Source: Candidatus Bathyarchaeota archaeon (lineage in GTDB: Archaea > Thermoproteota > Bathyarchaeia > Bathyarchaeales > Bathycorpusculaceae). Taken from it: DNA of 64,000 nt. Made by a program: the position numbers and the translations under genes. The stretch lies in contig CAWFFH010000005.1 in the NCBI GenBank assembly GCA_963815095.1, positions 64,001 through 128,000 of the forward strand. Reading direction: 5' to 3'. Positions 59,487 to 64,000 of this stretch are shown here, piece by piece. Under the pieces are notes generated by a model that was not told the origin of the DNA, ran no database searches, and was given only the letters and a program-made list of their open reading frames with translations. Numbering within the stretch: the first letter of the stretch is position 1; each line of letters begins with the position of its first letter.

Positions 59487-60341
59487 TTAGTTGAATTCTT
59501 TTCTTTCGAATAGAATCAAGCCTAAGATTGCAGTGACAGCGAAGTATATTGCCATGATAGCAATTCCTTCAGGAATTGTTGCGTTGTATGTTGTTAAGGT
59601 GGGTCCACCTCCGCCTGGACGTAGGCTGGTTGTGGTCATGTGGAGGGGATAGGGCGATGTTAATACGTTGCCGATAATTTGGGAGCCATATGTTAAGATG
59701 AACCAAGGCTCAATTTGGACAAGTCCCGCGACAAGTGATTGTATTAGTGTGAATACGAACAGGAACAGTATCGCTGTGAGCAAGATAGACATGGAGCTGC
59801 TTTTGAAGAGTGAGCTAAAGAAGAAAGTGAACCCAAGAACTGCAACTAGGTACAGTAGCGCGAACAGTAGTGACTCGCCGAATTGGCTGGGTACGCCTGA
59901 GAAGTAGTATAAGCCGTTTCCTAGTGTGACGCTTGTAAAGACGCCAAGTATGGAGATTGATGCTATGAATGCTGCGATCCATTTTCCTATGTAGATGGAT
60001 GATCGTCTGATGGGGTTTGGTACTCCGAAGTAACCTGTTTTATTTTGGAATTCGCCTGAAATTGCGTCGCCGCCAAAGAAGATTCCGGAGAGAATAATCA
60101 CAAATGTAACTGAGGTGCCCCACCAACTGCTGTAGAAGCCAAGTTCAGAGGTTAGAAAGCCAGCTGGACGGTAGTATCCTACAAGAACAGTGAGGAGCGC
60201 ACTTATCAGCGCTGTTATAATTAGCATAATGAAGAATCGACGGGACCTTATGTAGTCGAGAAGAGTGTACTTGGTGATTATGCCGACTTGGACAATACTG
60301 CTTGGTACAACATTTTTTGATTCAAAGTTTGTTTGGGTCAT
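59487..60341 (-). CDS. ABC-2 type permease
   Basis: GGDAISGEF..KT....P.PI.RS.I..GK; six TM helices; F.RKE C-terminus. Confidence 0.88.
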   Translation of the reverse strand: MTQTNFESKNVVPSSIVQVGIITKYTLLDYIRSRRFFIMLIITALISALLTVLVGYYRPAGFLTSELGFYSSWWGTSVTFVIILSGIFFGGDAISGEFQNKTGYFGVPNPIRRSSIYIGKWIAAFIASISILGVFTSVTLGNGLYYFSGVPSQFGESLLFALLYLVAVLGFTFFFSSLFKSSSMSILLTAILFLFVFTLIQSLVAGLVQIEPWFILTYGSQIIGNVLTSPYPLHMTTTSLRPGGGGPTLTTYNATIPEGIAIMAIYFAVTAILGLILFERKEFN

Positions 60342-60347
60342 ATTTTA

Positions 60348-61289
60348 TCACAACGTGGCGGTTATGAGTTTAAGGTACACATCTTCAAGTTCCGATGACG
60401 CAGCTTTGTAGCTGACAACGCCAATGTTAAGTTTGACTATGTCGTTTAGGAGACGTTCTTGGACAGCTAATCCGCCTTTGAAGCTTATTTTGAGGTCTTT
60501 GTCGTCAATTTTTTCCGCATTAACCACATCTGGTAATACGGCGATGGTTTGGGATACAATTTGGGGGTCCACTGGACGTGCTAATCCGATTTCAACAACG
60601 TTGTTTCCGCCTGAGAATTTTGCTGTCACATGGGGCAGAGTGTCGTAAACGATTAGTTTGCCGTGGTTTATCATGGCGACTTCGTCGCAGACATCAGAAA
60701 CTTCGCTTAGAATGTGGGAGCTCATGAATATGAGGCGGTTTTTCCCTTTGAGTCCTTTGATGATATCTCTGACTTCGCTCATACCTCGCGGGTCAAGTCC
60801 TGTGGTGGGTTCATCTAAAAGGATTACTTGTGGGTCACTTAGTAATGCAGAGGCAATGCAGATTCGTTGTTTCATGCCCTTAGAAAACTTGCCAATACGC
60901 TTGTCAATCCATTCTTCCATGCGTAATTCTGCTGTGACATCTTCCACACGTTTCTTTCGCTCAACATGCGGTATCCCCCGTATCTCTGCAATCATCGTCA
61001 AGGCTTCTCTTGGCGTAAGGGAACTGTAAATTTCTGGGGTTTCAATAAGTGTACCCACACATTCAAGTGCTTCTTTCTTGTGGGTATGCACGTTTACACC
61101 GTTTATGAGGGCTTGTCCCTTGGTTGGTTTAATCAGGTCGGTGAACATTTTTAGGGCGGTTGTTTTTCCTGCCCCGTTAGGTCCAAGGAAACCGACGCAT
61201 TTTGTGCCCTCAATCTTTAAGTTTAAATCAGAGAGAGCGCAGAATGAGCCGTACTCTTTTGTTAAATTAATTGCTTCTATTGATGGCAT
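60348..61289 (-). CDS. ABC transporter ATP-binding protein
   Basis: GPNGAGKTT, FSKGMKQR, LLDEPT, SSHIL, LEDVYL. Confidence 0.92.
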   Translation of the reverse strand: MPSIEAINLTKEYGSFCALSDLNLKIEGTKCVGFLGPNGAGKTTALKMFTDLIKPTKGQALINGVNVHTHKKEALECVGTLIETPEIYSSLTPREALTMIAEIRGIPHVERKKRVEDVTAELRMEEWIDKRIGKFSKGMKQRICIASALLSDPQVILLDEPTTGLDPRGMSEVRDIIKGLKGKNRLIFMSSHILSEVSDVCDEVAMINHGKLIVYDTLPHVTAKFSGGNNVVEIGLARPVDPQIVSQTIAVLPDVVNAEKIDDKDLKISFKGGLAVQERLLNDIVKLNIGVVSYKAASSELEDVYLKLITATL

Positions 61290-61639
61290 CGATATCTCTT
61301 CTTCGCAAAACGTTACAGAGCGGTGGCTTAAAAGGAATACCCAAATGGGGCAAAGATACCTAACGAACCAATTTACAATATGACAACCGAAAATGACGAC
61401 GCGTCGATAAAAAATTGATTTTCATTTTTTAGGAATTAACTTTTGGTTTGGGGAAAGTATTTTAACCCAACGCATTTGTACTTGAGCATCAGCTGTGCAG
61501 AGGCTTCAATAAATAATGAAAATTCATCGCTTAAAACTCAGGTAGGTTGTTTCACGTGCCCTTTCAGAGTGCCACAGAATATGTTTTTATGCGATTTTTC
61601 CGCTTGTTCATCAAGCTGCCTTTGAGGGGGCTTATCCAT

Positions 61640-62098
61640 TTGTTTTCACAGCAAGTAAATTTTACGGATTATTTTGTGGGATTTGAGAAAAACCGTGCGG
61701 TCCAAGGAATATTCGGGGAACAGACCGAGCAGGTTCTCAAACGCCTCAAAGTAGATTTTATCTGGTTCGGTTACATGGGCGTAAACGATGATGACGGGCA
61801 CTTAATGGTGAACAAACGTTACCTTGCCACTGGACGCAAACTAGACCTCTACCTCGATGTTATCCATGAACTCTGCCACGTAAAACAGCATATGAACGGC
61901 AGGGAACTTTTTGACCCTCGATACGACTACGTGGACCGCCCAACAGAAATCGAAGCCTACCGCTACGCGGCACAAGAAGCCAAACTCATCGGGCTAAACT
62001 CAGCCGATATTCGCCTATACCTCAAAACTGAAATGATGAGCCAAAAAGCATTAGAGAAGCTAATTGGAAACATGGGAGTAGACCTTAAAGAAAACTGA
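61640..62098 (+). CDS. Putative HExxH zinc metalloprotein
   Basis: IHELCHVKQH with a downstream PTEIEAY; likely TTG start at 61640 after GAGGGGG. Confidence 0.65.
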   Translation: MFSQQVNFTDYFVGFEKNRAVQGIFGEQTEQVLKRLKVDFIWFGYMGVNDDDGHLMVNKRYLATGRKLDLYLDVIHELCHVKQHMNGRELFDPRYDYVDRPTEIEAYRYAAQEAKLIGLNSADIRLYLKTEMMSQKALEKLIGNMGVDLKEN

Positions 62099-62867
62099 TT
62101 TTTCAGAAATAAACTTTTAGCCCCGCTATTGATGAGGCCCTATAACCTCAGATTTATGTTAAATCTCACAGCGACGAAAGAGAGCCTTATACCAAACCGT
62201 TCCGTTGAATTGCTAAGCTTTTAGACGAATAAGCGCAGATGGCGTATCGGCTTCTTTTTTGGAACCGAAACATTTGAATTTTCTTTAGCTTGTTTTCTTC
62301 CTTTCTTTGTAGGGCAGCTTATGGGCGATCTTCTGGTTTGAAGAGATCTATGTTGATTCTTGAAAGTGCCTTAAAACTAAAAGGTAAGGATTCAGTCGGG
62401 TTTATTTTTATTTTTTTTTTTAGAAATTATGACCATTTAAATAAACGAAGACACATGGGACACATTGAGTTTTGGTTGCTTTCAACTTTTGTGGCTTGTG
62501 GTTGTTTTGGTATCTGGCCGATTTCTGGATAAGAAACGACTAACTATCCTTTTTCTTAGTTTCCACATTTGTTATTTCTTATGTTCCTGGGACGATGGTG
62601 TGGCTATAATTGCACAAAACGCATTTGAAAAACATAGGATTTCAAAATCATCCCATTTTTTATACTCTATATTTTGAGAAAAATTCTTCTTATCCTTATG
62701 TAAAAAAACTCGGACTTGCTCGGTCAGGGCAAGGTTATTAAAAAGCTAGTGTCTAATGAATCATAACTGATATGATGAAATGGGGAGACTTGGAAGATTG
62801 GCTTGACCCATCTCAGTAGTGTCCCGAGGTTAGTAAAGCTGATAACTTTTCATCTTGCAAGGAGTGA

Positions 62868-64000
62868 ATAATCTTTCCTTTAAATAATGATGAAGACTTT
62901 GACTGCGACGCAATAGTGGTTGGTGCCGGACCTGCAGGATCCGGTGCGGCATATTATCTTGCAAATGCCGGTTACGATGTGATTATCATAGATAAATGCA
63001 AATTTCCCCGCGACAAAATCTGTGGTGACTTTGTTAGTCCAGTTTCACAAATTGAGCTTGCGAAACTTGGAGTTACTTGTTCCCATGAATTTAAGAATGC
63101 CAACCGAATCAGCAAAGCAGCAGTTTTTCTAGATGGTAACAAATTAGTATCTAGAGTTGTACCCAAAGTTCAAGGCTTGCCGCGTTATGGTCGTGTTTTT
63201 CCTCGCGTCCTTTTGGATAAACTTGTATTGGATTCAGCGTGCAATCAGGGAGCTGTTTTCTTGGATAGGTTGAAGGCTGTAGATATGCGCATGAAGCACA
63301 GGAGTGTTGAGTTAGACGCAGAGGGATCAGATGGCAAAAGAACCTTGAAGGCTCGTTTAGTGATTGGTGCAGATGGGAGTAATTCAACTATAGCCAGAAT
63401 ACTAAGAGGGCCACCTTCTAGTGCAGATAGAATCATTGCTATACGCGGATACTTCACCGATGTTGAAGGGCCATCTGACCAGGCTGACCTTCACTTTAAC
63501 AAAGAGAGTTTTCCCGGTTACTGCTGGCTCTTCCCCACAGGCAGGAACCAAGCTAACGTTGGGGTTGGAGTAGTCTTAGATACGATACCAGCTGGTAATC
63601 GCCTTAAGGAACTTCTAAATCACCTTATCAAGAACAACGAACCATTGAACAAGAGACTTAAAAATGCAAAATTAGTTGGGCAAATAGGTGGATGGCCATT
63701 AACAACCTATAATCCAAGCCAGCCATTGATTGAAAACCGAGTCATGCTGGTTGGTGACGCGGCAGGTTTAGTTAATCCATTAAATGGAGAAGGGATTCAA
63801 TACGCACTTCTCAGCGGAAGATGGGCATCTGAAACTGCGCTTTCTTGTTTGAGGGCAAACGTTTTTTCAAAAAATGCTTTGGCAGCGTACACAGAAACTG
63901 TTGACAGGGAACTTCGGTATGGGATGTCTCTTGCATCTCTAATTGTTCAATTAATTCGGAATCGTAGCTTTAGCCCGATTTGGCTGCGCTCGTTGGAATT
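62868..64000 (+). CDS. Geranylgeranyl reductase family FAD oxidoreductase, 3'-partial (missing from the ORF track)
   Basis: Translated by hand: DAIVVGAGPAG, FPRDKICGD, R..LD, VIGADG, PGYCWLFP, LVGDAAG.VNPLNGEGI; frame open to the window end. Confidence 0.9.
   Translation, partial: MIFPLNNDEDFDCDAIVVGAGPAGSGAAYYLANAGYDVIIIDKCKFPRDKICGDFVSPVSQIELAKLGVTCSHEFKNANRISKAAVFLDGNKLVSRVVPKVQGLPRYGRVFPRVLLDKLVLDSACNQGAVFLDRLKAVDMRMKHRSVELDAEGSDGKRTLKARLVIGADGSNSTIARILRGPPSSADRIIAIRGYFTDVEGPSDQADLHFNKESFPGYCWLFPTGRNQANVGVGVVLDTIPAGNRLKELLNHLIKNNEPLNKRLKNAKLVGQIGGWPLTTYNPSQPLIENRVMLVGDAAGLVNPLNGEGIQYALLSGRWASETALSCLRANVFSKNALAAYTETVDRELRYGMSLASLIVQLIRNRSFSPIWLRSLE

Noticed and set aside
62125-62195. TTGATGAG...CGAAA resembling a hammerhead ribozyme core or C/D box RNA
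   Set aside because: Core C3 is missing, stem II does not pair, and there is no terminal CTGA box
62290-62677. Short ORFs 62290-62532 and 62465-62677
   Set aside because: Low-complexity T-rich sequence, no SD and no motifs; probably non-coding or decayed
62772-62845. Possible C/D box sRNA (ATGATGA...TGGA...CCGA/CTGA)
   Set aside because: No credible C' box and no contiguous rRNA or tRNA complementarity that I could verify
1-64000. CRISPR arrays, IS elements, and the many antisense or nested ORFs in the track
   Set aside because: No regularly spaced repeats, transposase motifs or terminal inverted repeats were seen; the nested ORFs are shadows of well-supported genes

Overview
This is archaeal chromosomal DNA, most likely Bathyarchaeia. 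That assignment is an inference from the H4MPT/Wood-Ljungdahl gene content without mcr, the EF-2 paralog signature, frequent TTG starts and TACK-like ribosomal proteins. The window is gene-dense: about 60 CDS and one tRNA-Ala(GGC). I recognised no CRISPR array, IS element or prophage. Main contents: (1) A dispersed methanopterin-type cofactor toolkit: bacterial-type folB-folK, two tandem beta-RFAP synthase paralogs, a frameshifted DUF1464 kinase-like gene, a dihydropteroate synthase-like gene, DUF447, a CitG-like gene, mch and isf-afpA. (2) Three paralogous Pol-beta-fold (COG1665-like) nucleotidyltransferases next to the CitG-like gene and mch; this is the best candidate for an undescribed system, a CitG/CitX-like module for the methanopterin side chain. 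(3) Both subunits of the archaeal LipS1/LipS2 lipoyl synthase, 43 kb apart. (4) A polyferredoxin coupled to an HdrA-MvhD fusion. (5) Scattered translation genes: pheST, rps12-rps7, rpl12, a divergent EF-2, aSelBL, DRG and a CBS-HPF hibernation factor. (6) Several membrane-anchored surface proteins, transporters and a PAS histidine kinase. All calls come from motif recognition by eye; no database search was run.
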